Assembly: GCF_963921235.1 (NCBI RefSeq)
Contig: NC_086097.1
Coordinates: forward strand, 94,056,001 to 94,120,000
Source of the DNA: Mobula hypostoma
Taxonomy: Eukaryota
Reading direction: 5' to 3'
DNA: 64,000 nucleotides
A model generated the notes under the pieces. It saw only the letters and a program-made list of their open reading frames with translations, was not told where the DNA came from and searched no databases. A program made the translations under genes and the position numbers. Of the stretch, positions 62,790-64,000 are shown one piece after another; position 1 is the stretch's first letter; each line of letters opens with the position of its first letter.

Positions 62790-63873
62790 ACACTTATTTC
62801 AGAATGCTGCTTCTGGATCTCATTTTGGCATTTAGCACTATTTGTCCCACAGACCTTGGTGAACAAACTCCTGCTCCTCGGTCTAAACACACCATTGTCC
62901 AACTGGGTGTTGGACTTCCTAACAAACAGATCTCAGATTGTCAGGATGCAAAACTGCACTTCCCTCCCCATCATCCTTAACACAGGTACCTCCCATTGCT
63001 GTACACTCTACTCACACACACCTGCACGGCCAAACACCTGGGCAACCACACCGTCAAGTTCTCCGATGACAGGACATCAACTATGATGAGACAGCCTACA
63101 GAGAGGAGGTGGAAGAGCTCGAGGCCTGGTTCAGGCAAACAACCTCTTCCTTAATGTCAACATGACAAATGAGATGGTAATCAAGTTCAGGAGAACTCAC
63201 ACCACTCACATCCCCCTTTACACTGGTGGCACTGCTTGCAGTTTCAGACTCCTGGGAGTGCACATCTCACACAACCTCTCATGGTCCCAGAACACATCCT
63301 CCACAGTTAAGGAAGCTTGCCAGTGCCTCTACTTTCTGAGGAGCCTGAAGAGAGCTGGACTTTGCACATCCACCTCACGTCATTCTACAGCTGCACCACT
63401 GTTTGGTGCAGAAACTGTACTGTCGTGGACAGGAAGCTACAACAGGTAGTCAAAACTACCCAATGAATCATTGACACCAGTCTACCCACCATCAACAACA
63501 TATGTACAGAAAGGTGCCTGCAAAGGGCCAGTAACATCATGAAGGATCCCACACACCCTGCTCATGGACTGTCTGTCGTAGCATCCACGCCAGGAACACC
63601 AGGCTCGAAAACAGTTACCCTTCTCAAGCAGTAAGGCTGATCTACATCTCCACCACTACTTTATTATTTCCTGACAGACACCTAGCGTCACTTTATGGAC
63701 ATACAATCAATCGATGTACATCAGCTATCTTATGCATGTGTATTTTCTAATATTATTATTGTGCTTTTTTTTAATCTTCTGTGGTGTTTTTTGTGCTGCA
63801 TTGGATCCAGAGTAACAATTAGTTTGTTCTTCTTTACACTTGTGTACTGGAAATGAGGTTAAACAATCTTGAA
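62790..63873 (+). mobile_element. Rex1/Babar-type LINE 3' fragment
   Basis: RMLLLD, LVNKL..LGL...L.NWVLDFLTNR, FRLLGVHISHNLSWS, LYFLRSLKR; tail aaacaatcttgaatct. Confidence 0.82.
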
Positions 63874-64000
63874 TCTTTCTGACTTTTCCATTCCTTCGTC
63901 CAAACAGGAAGAGCAAGTTATGGGATGGGTGTGTTGCAAACAATTATGTTGCTGGAAGCAGCAGGCCGTTCCCTGTTGCACCCAGTCAGTATTTTCTATC

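Overview
This is eukaryotic (vertebrate) genomic DNA, not prokaryotic. The repeat content (V-domain/HE1-type SINEs, CR1, Rex1/Babar, L1/Tx1, Penelope-like elements, Tc1, Tigger) suggests a cartilaginous fish, probably a ray (inference). The first ~39.6 kb holds the last seven coding exons (equivalent to human exons 6-12) of isovaleryl-CoA dehydrogenase (IVD) on the + strand. The exons are 137, 97, 94, 82, 105, 73 and 134 nt with GT-AG boundaries and join into one open frame. The introns are inflated by nested transposons, including a full-length 5.8 kb L1 with a target-site duplication (TSD), and by a ~9.3 kb array of 49-50 bp units with higher-order duplications. Nearly every array unit carries a sense-strand splice-donor-like motif. 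A family of palindromic Penelope-derived elements with minimal hammerhead-ribozyme cores recurs about a dozen times. The rest is repeat-rich intergenic DNA with a Gypsy-type solo LTR and a CpG-rich region (~59.0-59.9 kb) containing a candidate signal-peptide first exon of an unidentified gene. Almost all other ORFs in the track are TE fragments or noise. I found no convincing new protein-coding system; the best leads are RNA-level and structural. TE boundaries without a TSD are approximate.
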